Shown here piece by piece: positions 19,462-29,470 of a stretch of DNA of 64,000 bases. The DNA is from Thermoplasmata archaeon (GTDB taxonomy: Archaea > Thermoplasmatota > Thermoplasmata > Lutacidiplasmatales > UBA184). The notes beneath the pieces are model-generated. The model ran no database searches. It was not told where the DNA came from and saw only the letters and a program-made list of their open reading frames with translations. The DNA lies in contig JBKQUP010000037.1 in NCBI GenBank assembly GCA_052325545.1, forward strand, positions 240,459-304,458. Direction: 5' to 3'. The position numbers and the translations under genes are program-made. Each line of letters starts with the position of its first letter. Positions within the stretch are counted from its first letter, which is position 1.

Positions 19462-20406
19462 ATGAGCGAGCCCATCATGAAGCTCCAATTCGGTTCGGAG
19501 CTGGTCAAGCGCGGCTTCGCCCGCATGCAGCAGGGCGGGGTCATTATGGACGTGACCACGGCCGACCAGGCCGCCATCGCGGAGGAAGCGGGGGCGGTCG
19601 CGGTGATGGCGCTCGAGCGGGTTCCCGCCGACATTCGAGCGGCCGGAGGGGTGGCCCGCATGGCCGACCCCGTCAAGGTCCGCGAAATCAAGGAACGCGT
19701 CTCGATCCCTGTCATGGCGAAGTGCCGGATCGGCCACACGGCCGAGGCCCGGATCCTCCAGGCGCTCGCCGTCGACATGATCGACGAGTCCGAGGTCCTC
19801 ACTCCCGCGGACCCGTTCCAGCACGTCGACAAGAAGGCGTTCAAGATCCCGTTCGTCTGCGGCGCCCGGAACCTCGGGGAAGCCCTTCGCCGGATCGAGG
19901 AAGGCGCGGCGATGATCCGAACGAAAGGCGAGGCCGGCACCGGTAACGTGGTCGAGGCGGTCCGGCACATCCGCCAGATGAACTACGATGTGGCCGAGGT
20001 TCGGAAGCTGGCGAAGAAGGACGTCGGCGCGTGGGCGAAGAAGGAGCGGGTCTCGGAGTCAATCGTCAACGAGGTCCGGACGCTCGGTCGACTTCCGGTC
20101 GTGAACTTCGCGGCCGGCGGGATCGCCACTCCGGCGGACGCCGCGCTCTGCCGCCTGCTCGGGGTGGACGGGGTGTTCGTGGGCAGCGGGATCTTCAAGG
20201 CACAACACCCGATGAAAGTCGCCCGGGCCATCGTCGAGGCATCCCTCCATTACGAGGACGCGGACGTGCTCGCGCGCGTCTCGTCGGGGCTCGGAGAGGC
20301 GATGAAGGGGCTAGAGATCGCCACGATCCCCGCCGATGAGCGGCTGCAGACGCGCGAGTCGGAGCCGATCTCGATGTCCCCCCGGCGCGTCTATCCCGAG
20401 ACCTGA
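19462..20406 (+). CDS. pdxS: pyridoxal 5'-phosphate synthase lyase subunit PdxS
   Basis: [46 protein letters not shown] and [13 protein letters not shown] motifs. Start set at ATG 19462. Confidence 0.92.
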   Translation: MSEPIMKLQFGSELVKRGFARMQQGGVIMDVTTADQAAIAEEAGAVAVMALERVPADIRAAGGVARMADPVKVREIKERVSIPVMAKCRIGHTAEARILQALAVDMIDESEVLTPADPFQHVDKKAFKIPFVCGARNLGEALRRIEEGAAMIRTKGEAGTGNVVEAVRHIRQMNYDVAEVRKLAKKDVGAWAKKERVSESIVNEVRTLGRLPVVNFAAGGIATPADAALCRLLGVDGVFVGSGIFKAQHPMKVARAIVEASLHYEDADVLARVSSGLGEAMKGLEIATIPADERLQTRESEPISMSPRRVYPET

Positions 20407-20465
20407 GCGCGGCAGCGGACCCCTCGGCGATGGCCGTAAAGGGGGGGTCGCCCTAGGGCGACCCC

Positions 20466-21599
20466 GTGCGGATCGTCCAGGTCTCGCCGTTCTTCCACCC
20501 CCACGCGGGCGGCGTGGAGTCTCACGTCCGCGGGATCGTGCGCGAGCTCGCCCGCGAAGGTCACGAGGTCACGGTCGTCACCTCGCATTATAACCGGCGC
20601 CTCCCGGCCGAGGAGGAGACCGAAGGCTACCGCATCCTTCGGACCCGGACCCTCGGGGTCCTACTCGACACGCCCCTCGACGTCGGCACCGGACGCACCC
20701 TTCGCGCGCTCGCGCCGGACGTGTTCCATCTGCACTACCCCCCGCCGTTGACCTCCTACTTCGCGACCCGCGGGCTGGCCCGGCGAAAGGTCCCGGTCTG
20801 CCTCACGTACCACTGCGACCTCTACCTCCCCGGCGCCGCGGGGAGGCTGCTCGCGGGGATCTACCAGACGGTCTTCTTGCCCTCCACCCTCGAGCGCACG
20901 GACCGGATTGTCGTCCACACGAAGAGCTACGGCATCACCTCCGCGATGCTGCGGGGACGGGACCTCACAGTGATCCCGTCCGCGGTGGACCTCGAGCGGT
21001 TCCGCCCGGGTCTGGATGCGAGCGGCCTGCGGGCGGACCTTCACCTCGAGGGAAAGCGGGTCGCGGCCTTCACGGGGCGACTGGTCCCGCACAAAGGGGT
21101 AGACGTCATCTTGCAGGCCCTCGCCCAGCTGCCCCGGGACGTGGTGCTCGTCGTGATCGGAGCCGGTCCTCGTCTCCCGAGCCTGGTCGGGCTCGCGCGG
21201 AGGCTCGGCGTGGGCGACCGCGTCCGGTTCTGCCCTGCGGTCTCCGACGAGGAGCTGCCCCGTTTCCTGGCGCTCGCCGACGTGTTCGTCTTCCCGTCCC
21301 AGAACCGTCTCGAGGGGTTCGGCCTCGCGGTCGCCGAAGCGATGGCGGCCGGGCTGCCGGTCGTGGTCGCCGATATGCCCGGCGTACGGGAGGTCATCGA
21401 GCCGGGACGCGAAGGCCTCCTCGCGGAGCCCCTGATCGCGAGCGACCTCGCGGAGAAGGTCCGGACCATCTTGGACGACCCCCTTCTCGCGAAGCGGATG
21501 GGCCGTGCGGGCCGGGACCGTGCCGAAGCCCGCTACGCGCTGCCGGTGGTCGCTCGCGCGCTCGTCAGCCTGTACGAAGGCCTGCGCGCAACTGGTTGA
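20466..21599 (+). CDS. glycosyltransferase family 4 (GT-B fold)
   Basis: N-terminal MRIVQVSPFFHPHAGGVESHV, plus the C-terminal EGFGLAVAEAMAAGLPVVVAD E-x7-E region. Confidence 0.82.
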   Translation: MRIVQVSPFFHPHAGGVESHVRGIVRELAREGHEVTVVTSHYNRRLPAEEETEGYRILRTRTLGVLLDTPLDVGTGRTLRALAPDVFHLHYPPPLTSYFATRGLARRKVPVCLTYHCDLYLPGAAGRLLAGIYQTVFLPSTLERTDRIVVHTKSYGITSAMLRGRDLTVIPSAVDLERFRPGLDASGLRADLHLEGKRVAAFTGRLVPHKGVDVILQALAQLPRDVVLVVIGAGPRLPSLVGLARRLGVGDRVRFCPAVSDEELPRFLALADVFVFPSQNRLEGFGLAVAEAMAAGLPVVVADMPGVREVIEPGREGLLAEPLIASDLAEKVRTILDDPLLAKRMGRAGRDRAEARYALPVVARALVSLYEGLRATG

Positions 21600-22407
21600 T
21601 CTGGACCTTCAGGCGCTCGGCCTCCGCGCCCGCCGCCTTCTTCCAGTCGGGCCCGGACGAGGCGTAGAGGATGCTGCGCGAGGCGTTCACGAGGAGGGCG
21701 CGGCCGTGGGCATCGACCCCTTCGCGGACCGCGGTGGCGAGCGAACCCCCCTGCGCCCCGACCCCCGGGACGAGGATGGGGATCCCGTTGCCGAGGGTGG
21801 CGCGCGCGGCATGGAACGCGTCCGAGAACGTCGCGCCGAGCACCACCCCGACGTTCCCGTGGGCGTGGGCGAACCGGCGGACCTCCCCGACCACCGCGAG
21901 CCAGAGGGGGCCCCGCGGGGTGGGGATCTCCTGGAAATCGAGCGAGCCGGGATTGGAGGAGTGGGCGATGACGAACACGCCGTGGGCCGGGTCGTCCAAG
22001 AACGGCTGGAGGGTCTCCCAGCCGAGCCACGGAGTGAACGTGAGCGCGTCGAAGCCGAACTGGCGGAAGGCACCCTCTCGCACCATCCTCAAGGAGTTGG
22101 GGATATCGTTCGCCTTGAGGTCCAGGATGCGGATCCGAGTCGGGCCGATCGCCCGGCAGAGGCGAGAGAGGACCTCGATCCCGGGCACGCCGTACTGGAG
22201 GTAGGCGCCGAACTGCATCTTGTAGGCGGCGGCGTGCGGGTAGGTCGCCCGGATGATCCCGTTCACGAACCGGTCGAGCTGTTCGCGCGGGGCGAGACGA
22301 CGCAAGCCCTTGGGCATCGACGCCGGGTCCGGGTCGAGACCCACGCAGACGAGCGAGTCCCTCGCGACCAGGATCCGGTCGACCTTTTGGGAGAACTTCA
22401 GCACCAC
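21565..22407 (-). CDS. pyrF: orotidine 5'-phosphate decarboxylase (type 2)
   Basis: LVCVGLDPD, ILDLKANDIPNS and GVGAQGG motifs in 280 aa. Convergent 35-nt overlap with the GT4 gene. Confidence 0.82.
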   Translation of the reverse strand: MVLKFSQKVDRILVARDSLVCVGLDPDPASMPKGLRRLAPREQLDRFVNGIIRATYPHAAAYKMQFGAYLQYGVPGIEVLSRLCRAIGPTRIRILDLKANDIPNSLRMVREGAFRQFGFDALTFTPWLGWETLQPFLDDPAHGVFVIAHSSNPGSLDFQEIPTPRGPLWLAVVGEVRRFAHAHGNVGVVLGATFSDAFHAARATLGNGIPILVPGVGAQGGSLATAVREGVDAHGRALLVNASRSILYASSGPDWKKAAGAEAERLKVQINQLRAGLRTG

Positions 22408-22543
22408 GGCTCGCGAGGCATGACCCTCGGGGGAAAAGGATTATGCCCGAGGGTTCGCCCGCCGCCGTTCGAGAGCGACCGTTCCTGTCGGATCGCGCCG
22501 TTCACCCACCATTGACGGCGGGGCGCTTTTATGACCGGGCGAG

Positions 22544-23734
22544 GTGGCCGAGAGTGCATCCTCGCCCATGACCGCGGAACCGACCCCTTCCACCCCCATC
22601 GAAACGCGCCTTCGGGACCTTCGGCCCACTTCGTCGCCCGTCGAATTCGTGGCCCGTGTGGTCACCTGCGAGAGACGCGATGTCACGCGGAAATCGGACG
22701 GAAGCCGCCGGCCGCTGCTCTCGGGTCTCCTCAGCGACGGGACGGCGACCGTACGGTTCACCTGGTGGGACCCGCCGCGCGAGGGGGTCGAACGGGGCGT
22801 GGTTCTTCGGGCCGTGGGCGCGGAGGTGCGAGAGTTCCGCGGACGGCCGGAGGTCACGTTCAGCTGGAAGACCCGGGTAGGTCCGGCGAGCCCGGCCGAG
22901 CTCCCGCGGGTCGACGCCGACGAGGTCCCGTTCCGCACGGTCGAGGAGCTCCGTCCCGCGGAGGAGGGGTTCCGCATCGAATTGCGGGTGGTCCGCATCT
23001 CGGCCAAAAGCGTGACCGTCGGAACGGAGCGGCGGGTCGTTCACGAGGGGCTCGTCGCCGACCGCTCCGGGGCGATCGCTCTGTCGGCCTGGAGCGACTT
23101 TGGCCTCAAGGCCGGCGAAGCCGTTCGGGTCGCCGGGGGATACGTCCGGGGCTTCCGAGGACGTCCGCAGCTCGTCCTGGACGAGCGTTCCATCGTCGTC
23201 CGGGTGGAGGGGAACGACCTCCCGGACCCCGCGCAACTCCTAGCGGCTCCCCCCCGCTCCATCGCCGAGGTCGAGGACGCCGGAGGCGGGGAGGCGGTCG
23301 CCGTGGAAGGGGTCGTCGTGGGCCTCCTTCCCCCGAGCGGGCTCGTCTTCCGGTGCCCGACCTGTCAACGCTCGGTCCGCAGCGGGATCTGTCGGGTGCA
23401 CGGACAGGTCGACGGTCAGTCCGACCTCCGCGCCCGGATCGTGCTGGACGACGGAACCGGGGCGCTCACGGTGAACGCGAACCGGGCCGATACCGAGAGG
23501 CTCTGGGGCGTGACGCTCGAGGAAGCCCAGGCACGGCTCCGCCATCAACCGGACCCGAGCCTGCTCGAGGAACAGCTGCTCGAGGCCCTTCTCGGCCGCC
23601 GACTGCGCGTCCGAGGGGTCGGAACGAACGACGAGTTCGGCGTGACGCTCGCCCCGGAGTCGATCGAACGGGTGGATATCGACCTGGACGCCGCGGCCGA
23701 GGAGCTCTTGGCTCGCATCGGAGACCGGCGCTGA
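22544..23734 (+). CDS. rpa: replication protein A (single-stranded DNA-binding protein, OB folds plus zinc ribbon)
   Basis: Repeated OB-fold-like modules (VEFVARVV...GLLSDGTATVRFTWW; IELRVVRISAK...GLVADRSGAIALSAW). Zinc ribbon FRCPTCQRSVRSGICRVHG. Start is GTG 22544 or ATG 22568. Confidence 0.7.
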   Translation: MAESASSPMTAEPTPSTPIETRLRDLRPTSSPVEFVARVVTCERRDVTRKSDGSRRPLLSGLLSDGTATVRFTWWDPPREGVERGVVLRAVGAEVREFRGRPEVTFSWKTRVGPASPAELPRVDADEVPFRTVEELRPAEEGFRIELRVVRISAKSVTVGTERRVVHEGLVADRSGAIALSAWSDFGLKAGEAVRVAGGYVRGFRGRPQLVLDERSIVVRVEGNDLPDPAQLLAAPPRSIAEVEDAGGGEAVAVEGVVVGLLPPSGLVFRCPTCQRSVRSGICRVHGQVDGQSDLRARIVLDDGTGALTVNANRADTERLWGVTLEEAQARLRHQPDPSLLEEQLLEALLGRRLRVRGVGTNDEFGVTLAPESIERVDIDLDAAAEELLARIGDRR

Positions 23735-24654
23735 TGTCGCTACGGGAGCCGGCCTGGCGCGTCACGGCCCGGGAGCTCGAGAGCTCGCTCGAGGAGGAGA
23801 AGGGCGAGGGCGAGCGGCCGGCCACGTACCTCCTTTCTCCGTTCGCCGCCCGGATGAATCGGGTCCTCTTGGCCGGGAGCCTATCGCCGGCCGAATCGAT
23901 CGGTCGGGACGAGGCCCAGGCGTTCTGGCGAGCGCGGTTGAGCGACCCCACGGGGGCGGTAGCGGTCACGGCCGGCTCCTTCCAACCTCGCGCGATGGCC
24001 CAGCTGCGCTCCGCTTCCGCGCCGCGCCCCGCGATCGTGGTCGGCAAGCTCCACCTCTTCCGAGGGCGGGACGGCGTCGGGTACGTCTCCGTCCGGGCGG
24101 AGGCCGTTCGCTCGGTCGCCGAGGCGGAGGAACGAGCCGCTCTGGCGGACATCGTTCGGCAGACCCTCGACCGCCTCGACCTGTTGGAACGCGTCGAGAA
24201 GGAGCCGGGGCTCTCCGAGGAGGCGCTCCGGACGGAGGGGATACCCGCGGCGTGGCTGCGCGCCGCGAAGGAGTCCCGGAGCCGGTACCCGAACGTCGAC
24301 CGCGCCGCCTTCCGGCGCGAGCTCGGGAACGCCGTGCGCCGCGTGGCGGGCGAGAGCGGGCCTTCCCGCGCCACCCTACCGACGCCGCCGACGGTCACGG
24401 TGACCCGCGCCCCGCCGCATCGACCCCCCTCTCCCGCCCCGTCGGCGGCCGAACGGGCGGAGGAGTCGCTGTTCCTGGACCAGCTCGACGAGGTCGCGGA
24501 CGTCTCCGCGGACGGCTACGCGGACCTCAAGGAGGTCCTCTCCCGCGTCTCGGCGCATGGGCTCGTCGAGGAGAAGGCCGAGACGATCCTCAACCGGCTC
24601 GAGGAGGACGGCGTCATCGAGGAGCCGATCGTGGGCAAGCTACGCCGCGCCTGA
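23734..24654 (+). CDS. RPA-associated OB-fold protein (RPAP/RPA32-like)
   Basis: ATG 23734 overlaps the RPA stop (ATGA). N-terminal OB-like segment (MNRVLLAGSL...ARLSDPTGAVAVTAGSF...IVVGKLHLFRG). The operon arrangement resembles euryarchaeal rpa-rpap pairs. Confidence 0.5.
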   Translation: MSLREPAWRVTARELESSLEEEKGEGERPATYLLSPFAARMNRVLLAGSLSPAESIGRDEAQAFWRARLSDPTGAVAVTAGSFQPRAMAQLRSASAPRPAIVVGKLHLFRGRDGVGYVSVRAEAVRSVAEAEERAALADIVRQTLDRLDLLERVEKEPGLSEEALRTEGIPAAWLRAAKESRSRYPNVDRAAFRRELGNAVRRVAGESGPSRATLPTPPTVTVTRAPPHRPPSPAPSAAERAEESLFLDQLDEVADVSADGYADLKEVLSRVSAHGLVEEKAETILNRLEEDGVIEEPIVGKLRRA

Positions 24655-24781
24655 CGACCCCCTCCGAGGGTTTATATCGGGTCCCTCCTCGGGGGCGCGG
24701 GGGAATGAGGAACACCTGTCTCTCCGAACCGATGACGAGACCAGCGACGAGCTGACCCCCACTCTCCGTTCTTTGTAACCC

Positions 24782-25705
24782 ATGGCGACCCAGCAACCCT
24801 CCCGCATCCTGATGGTCGTGGTCGTCGTCGTCGTCCTCGTGGTCGCCGGAGTGGGGGCGGCGCTGGTCTACGAGTTCAACAAGATGAAGTCGGCCTCGCC
24901 GATGCTCACCGTCCAGGCGGGCGGCAACGTGACCGTCAACTACGTCGGCACGTTCGGAAGCGGGGCCCAGGTAGGACGTGTTTTCGACACCTCGATCTAC
25001 TCGGTGGCGACGAACAACCTGTCGTACCAGAAGTCGCTCGAGTACACCCCCCGCGGGCCCGTGACGGCGTACACTCCGCTCGCGGTCCATGTCGGTGCGA
25101 CCGCCCCGCAGAGCGGGTACGTCATCGGGAACCTCACGTTCAGCACGGTCGTCACCGGGTTCTGGCAAGGCCTCCTCGGCCTTCCGGGCAACCAGACCCG
25201 CCACATCGTGATCCCCCCCAACCTCGGATACGGCCCCCTGAACACGAGCTGCCTCGCCACCTCGCCGCTCGTCTACACGGTCCCGGTCCTGACGTTCGTG
25301 TCGCTCCGGGAGTTCGCGACCCTTTACCCCGGCGTCAACGCGACGGTCGGGGTCGTGTTCCCGGACCCGACGTACGGCTGGAACGACTCCGTGTTCGCCG
25401 TGAACACCACGACCATCGCGGTCGAGGCGCTCGCGACCCTGGGCACGACCGCCAACCCGAACGGACTTCCGTTCGTGGTATCGAGCCTCAACGCGACCAC
25501 GATCACGCTCTCGAGCGAGCTCACCCCCGCGAACGCCGGGCTCGTCCTGGGCCACGTCACGAGCGGGGGACTCTGCGGGAAGACGAAGTTCATCGTCAGC
25601 GCGGTCGACCTCTCGACCGGCACGTTCACCGAGAACTACAACTCCGAAGTCCAAGGCGAGACCCTCGACTTCGCCGTGACGGTGGTCGATATCTTCCCGG
25701 CGTGA
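24782..25705 (+). CDS. membrane-anchored FKBP-type peptidyl-prolyl cis-trans isomerase domain protein
   Basis: N-terminal TM helix ILMVVVVVVVLVVAGVGAALV. FKBP pattern GGNVTVNYVGTFGSGAQVGRVFDTS ... VVTGFWQGLLGLPGNQTRHIVIPPNLGYG. Carries 9 N-x-S/T sequons. Confidence 0.6.
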   Translation: MATQQPSRILMVVVVVVVLVVAGVGAALVYEFNKMKSASPMLTVQAGGNVTVNYVGTFGSGAQVGRVFDTSIYSVATNNLSYQKSLEYTPRGPVTAYTPLAVHVGATAPQSGYVIGNLTFSTVVTGFWQGLLGLPGNQTRHIVIPPNLGYGPLNTSCLATSPLVYTVPVLTFVSLREFATLYPGVNATVGVVFPDPTYGWNDSVFAVNTTTIAVEALATLGTTANPNGLPFVVSSLNATTITLSSELTPANAGLVLGHVTSGGLCGKTKFIVSAVDLSTGTFTENYNSEVQGETLDFAVTVVDIFPA

Positions 25706-25712
25706 GCGGAGC

Positions 25713-26615
25713 TCACCCTCCGAGGGTGACCTTCCCGCGCTTCAGCAGCTCCTCGAGCTGCGCCTCCGCGGCATTGGCGAGGAGCTCCTCGGACGGAGGG
25801 CCTCGGGTGTGGGAATAGGTGCGGAGCATGCGACGCGCCTGCTCGCGCCGCGACCGGGACTTCGCGAGGAGCTGGCGGGCCTCGTGCTCGAGGTCGTTCA
25901 TCTCGCGGCTCAAGGCGTCGATCTTCGCGATGGCTTCGGCCCGCGCCCGCCCCTTCTCCCGCAGCGAAGCGATGAGCCCCCCCGCGACCTCGAGCTTCTC
26001 CCGGACGGCGGTCATCTTCGAGTCCCGCTCGGTCTTCGCCGTGCTCAGCTCTTTGGTGCGAAGGGTGAACTCCTCCCGCGTGGCCGCGAGGGCGGCCTCG
26101 GCGTCCTTGAGCTTCTGCAGATGCGCCGCGGCGACCGCGGTCCGCGCCTCGGCCTTCTTCAGCTCCTGCGTCCGCTGGCGCAAGAGCGCGATGAGCGCGT
26201 TCTCCTCGTCGAGCGGTAGGGCGCGAGTCTGCTGGCGAAGCTCGAGGTCGGCGATCTCCTTGCGGATCTGGTCCGGGCGCACCCGCTCCCCGGGAGCGAT
26301 GGTGAGCCGCACCTCCCGCACCTGGACGATCGCCTCCTCCACCTTCTTGCGAGCCGCCTCACGGGCGTTGCGGAGCTCGGCGATGCGCCGCCCGAGCGCG
26401 TGGTGCTCCTCGTAGAGGCGCTCGACCTCGGCCTGGGGGACCTGGCGGCGGTCGTAGATCGCCTTCTGCTCGGAGGAGATGTGTCGGACCTCGACGATCA
26501 GGTCCTCCCGACGGTCGAACAGGGACCGGAGCTTCCCGTCGAGCGAGCGAAGCCGCTCCCGGTCGTCCCGGTCCTCGCGTTCTTCCTCGTCGGAGAGCAG
26601 GGCGCGCGGAGGCAC
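25713..26615 (-). CDS. archaeal coiled-coil protein (COG1340-like), function unknown
   Basis: 300 aa, rich in E/R/K/A/L with heptad character throughout and no enzymatic motif. Confidence 0.5.
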   Translation of the reverse strand: MPPRALLSDEEEREDRDDRERLRSLDGKLRSLFDRREDLIVEVRHISSEQKAIYDRRQVPQAEVERLYEEHHALGRRIAELRNAREAARKKVEEAIVQVREVRLTIAPGERVRPDQIRKEIADLELRQQTRALPLDEENALIALLRQRTQELKKAEARTAVAAAHLQKLKDAEAALAATREEFTLRTKELSTAKTERDSKMTAVREKLEVAGGLIASLREKGRARAEAIAKIDALSREMNDLEHEARQLLAKSRSRREQARRMLRTYSHTRGPPSEELLANAAEAQLEELLKRGKVTLGG

Positions 26616-26696
26616 GGCCTACCGAGGAGCCGAACCTCTCAAAAGCCCTTCCCTCAGGCTCGCGCCCGCCGGAAGAATTGTCGGCGGCCCCAGGAG

Positions 26697-27476
26697 CTAC
26701 GTGCGTCGCCCTCGGAGGCGGGGCGACCGCCGCCCCGGCCGCTCCGCGAACCGCTGAGCGGCGAAGAGCGCCGCGGGAACCGCCGCATCGATGTTGACCA
26801 CCGCGAGGGGGGCACAGGATTGCAGCATGGCGTTGAGGGCGGCCTCGCCGCGACCCCCCCGGCCGTAGCCGACCGAGGTGGGAACGCCCACGACGGGGGC
26901 CCGAACGAGGCCGGCGACGATCGTGGGAAGCGCCCCCTCCCGTCCCGCGAAGACGAGGTACACCTCGGGCCGGCGCGCTTCCAGCCGCTCCACGGCCGAG
27001 AGGAGCCGGTGGAGCCCGGCGACACCAACGTCGTACGCCCGGACGACCCCGATCCCGAGCTCGAGAAGGATGGCCCGGGCTTCCTCCGCGAGCGGCACGT
27101 CGCTCGTGCCTCCGGTGAGGATCCCCACGACCCCCTTGCGGTACTGGAGACCGAGCGGTCCCGGGACCCGAACGAGACGGTCGCCCGCCAGGAACTTGAG
27201 GCGTCCGCCCGTTCCCGCCGCGGGCCGCCCGGTCCGAAGCGCTCGGAGCTGGGCGGGCGTGGGCCGGGAGATCAGGGCCCCGAGCCCCCGCTCGGAAAGG
27301 GCCTTCACGATGCCGAGCAGGTGCTCGACGGTCTTTCCCTCGCCGAGAATGACCTCGGGAACGCCGACGCGCCGAGCGCGGTCTCGGTCCAGTTTCGCGA
27401 AATGGCGGACCCGGAGCGCCCTCGGTTCCCGGCGCGGACGAGAGCCCGACCTCCTCGACGCCACGCCGACGACCAC
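26697..27476 (-). CDS. larB: nickel-pincer cofactor biosynthesis protein LarB (PurE-like carboxylase/hydrolase)
   Basis: AKLDRDRARRVGVPEVILGEGKT, GILTGGTSDVPLAEEA and FAGREGALPTIVAGLVRAPVVGVPTSVGYG are typical of the LarB/COG1691 family. Confidence 0.72.
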   Translation of the reverse strand: MVVGVASRRSGSRPRREPRALRVRHFAKLDRDRARRVGVPEVILGEGKTVEHLLGIVKALSERGLGALISRPTPAQLRALRTGRPAAGTGGRLKFLAGDRLVRVPGPLGLQYRKGVVGILTGGTSDVPLAEEARAILLELGIGVVRAYDVGVAGLHRLLSAVERLEARRPEVYLVFAGREGALPTIVAGLVRAPVVGVPTSVGYGRGGRGEAALNAMLQSCAPLAVVNIDAAVPAALFAAQRFAERPGRRSPRLRGRRT

Positions 27477-27523
27477 CCAAGCCGTGATATAGCGGATTCC
27501 GCTACACGGCTCTCTCGCGGTTC

Positions 27524-28672
27524 ATGCCGGATTTCTCGCTAACCCCGGAGCAGGAAAGCCTTCGGGACCTCGCACGGAAGTTCGCCCGGACCGAGATGGC
27601 TCCGCACGCGGCCGAGTGCGACCGAGTCTCCCGGTTCCCCGAGGAGATCTACCGGAAGGCGTTCGACCTGGGCCTCCTGAACCTCAACGTCCCCGCCGAC
27701 TACGGGGGCAGCGGCCTCGGATTGTTCGACCAGTGCCTCATCGTCGAGGAGCTCGCCTACGGCTGCGGCGGGATGACGACCACCGTCATCGCACACTGTC
27801 TGGCGCTCGCGCCGATCCTGCTCGACGGTTCCCCCGAGCAGAAGGAGCGGTTCCTGAAGCCGCACTGCGCGGAGTATCACCTCGCGTCGTTCGCCCTCAC
27901 GGAACCATCGGGCGGCTCCGACCCGGGGTCGATGCGGACCCTGGCACGGAAGGACGGGGACGACTACGTCCTCTCCGGGGAGAAGTGTTTCATCTCGAAC
28001 GCCCCCCAGGCGTCCCTCATCGTCGTCTTCGCCAACACCGACCCGAGCCTCCGGCACAAGGGAGTGACGGCGTTCGTGGTTCCGCGGTCGGCGGAAGGGG
28101 TCTCGGTGGGCCCGGACGATGAGAAGATGGGGCACCGGGCGTCGTCCACGGCCACGATCCGGTTCGACGACGTGCGGGTCCCCGCCTCCGACCGCCTCGG
28201 TGCGGAGGGCACCGGGTTCTCGCTCGCCATGCGGACCCTCGACCAGACGCGGACGCCGATCGGCGCCCTCGCCACCGGGATCGCCCAAGCGGCGCTCGAC
28301 CACGCGGCCTCCTACTCGCTGAAGCGCGAGACGTTCGGGAAACCGATCTCCGAGCACCAGGCGATCCAGATCAAGCTTGCGAACATGGCCCTGGCCGTCC
28401 ACGCCGCCCGCCTCCTCACCTGGCGCGCAGCCTGGCTCATCGACCGCGGTCAGAAAGGGACGCTCGAGTCCTCGATCGCGAAGTGCTTCGCCTCCGACGC
28501 CGCCTTCGACGTGGCGGACGAGGCGATCCAGACCTTTGGGGGGTACGGCTACATGCGGGAGTATCCGGTCGAGAAGCTCCTTCGCGACGCCAAGCTCACC
28601 CAGATCTACGAGGGTGCGAACGAGATCCAGCGGATCGTCATCGCGCGCGAGCTCCTGCGGGGATACGGCTAG
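27524..28672 (+). CDS. acyl-CoA dehydrogenase
   Basis: 382 aa with [22 protein letters not shown] and the C-terminal [19 protein letters not shown]. Confidence 0.9.
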   Translation: MPDFSLTPEQESLRDLARKFARTEMAPHAAECDRVSRFPEEIYRKAFDLGLLNLNVPADYGGSGLGLFDQCLIVEELAYGCGGMTTTVIAHCLALAPILLDGSPEQKERFLKPHCAEYHLASFALTEPSGGSDPGSMRTLARKDGDDYVLSGEKCFISNAPQASLIVVFANTDPSLRHKGVTAFVVPRSAEGVSVGPDDEKMGHRASSTATIRFDDVRVPASDRLGAEGTGFSLAMRTLDQTRTPIGALATGIAQAALDHAASYSLKRETFGKPISEHQAIQIKLANMALAVHAARLLTWRAAWLIDRGQKGTLESSIAKCFASDAAFDVADEAIQTFGGYGYMREYPVEKLLRDAKLTQIYEGANEIQRIVIARELLRGYG

Positions 28673-28687
28673 ACCGGGGGCGGGATC

Positions 28688-29470
28688 GTGGAGATCGTCG
28701 TCTGTGTCAAGCCGGTCCCGGACGCGGAGACCCGGCTGCGTACGGCCCCCGACGGCACGACCCTCGACATCGAGGCCGTGAAGTTCGTCCTCACGGGCTA
28801 CGACGAGTCCGCGGTCGAACAGGCGCTCCTGCTGAAGGAGGCGAACCCCGGCTCGAAGGTGCATGTCGTTTCCGCCGGGCCGCCGCCGAGAGCGGAAGAG
28901 GCCCTTCGTGCATCGCTCGCCCTGGGCTGCGACCTCGCCACCTGGGTCGAGACGCCCGCCGGGGTCTCCCCCGACCCGGTCTCCGCGGCCCGGGCCCTCG
29001 CCCGCGCGGTATCGGCGGTCCCGCACGACCTGGTGCTGTGCGGCAAGAACGCGGGGGACGACGAGGCCGGGGTCGTCGCGGGGGCGCTCGCCGAGCTCCT
29101 CGGGGTCCCGGACTATAGCGCGGTCCTCGACCTGCGCTGGGACGCCGGCGCTTCCCGGCTCCGATTCCAACGGTCGACCGAGGCCGGGGTGGAGAAGTGG
29201 GAGGCTCCCCTTCCGTGCGTCGTCGCGCTGCAGCAGGCCTGGAACGACCCGCGTACCGCCAAGCTCCCCGCGATCCTGAAGTCGCGCCGGTCCCCGATCG
29301 CCAAGGTCGCTTCGGAGGCGGCCGCGCCGAATGCGGGCACGACCCGACCGACGAAGTTCGAGCTTCCGCCCCCTCGAACGGGAGCGAAGCTGATCGAGTT
29401 CAAGACTCCCGAAGAGGCGGCCCAGAGGCTGGTTAAGGTCCTCCAGGAGGAGGCGAAGGTCTTCCCATGA
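28688..29470 (+). CDS. etfB: electron transfer flavoprotein beta subunit
   Basis: N-terminal EIVVCVKPVPD in 260 aa. Followed by etfA with an ATGA overlap. Confidence 0.85.
   Translation: MEIVVCVKPVPDAETRLRTAPDGTTLDIEAVKFVLTGYDESAVEQALLLKEANPGSKVHVVSAGPPPRAEEALRASLALGCDLATWVETPAGVSPDPVSAARALARAVSAVPHDLVLCGKNAGDDEAGVVAGALAELLGVPDYSAVLDLRWDAGASRLRFQRSTEAGVEKWEAPLPCVVALQQAWNDPRTAKLPAILKSRRSPIAKVASEAAAPNAGTTRPTKFELPPPRTGAKLIEFKTPEEAAQRLVKVLQEEAKVFP

Noticed and set aside
22531-23733. First 401 codons of ORF 22531..24654
   Set aside because: This is an Arg/Gly/Pro-rich frame overlapping the recognisable RPA gene. Only the part from ATG 23734 looks like a real protein and is coupled to the RPA stop.
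27539-29170. 543-aa minus-strand ORF antisense to acyl-CoA dehydrogenase and etfB
   Set aside because: It is antisense to two strongly supported genes and has a low-complexity charged composition.
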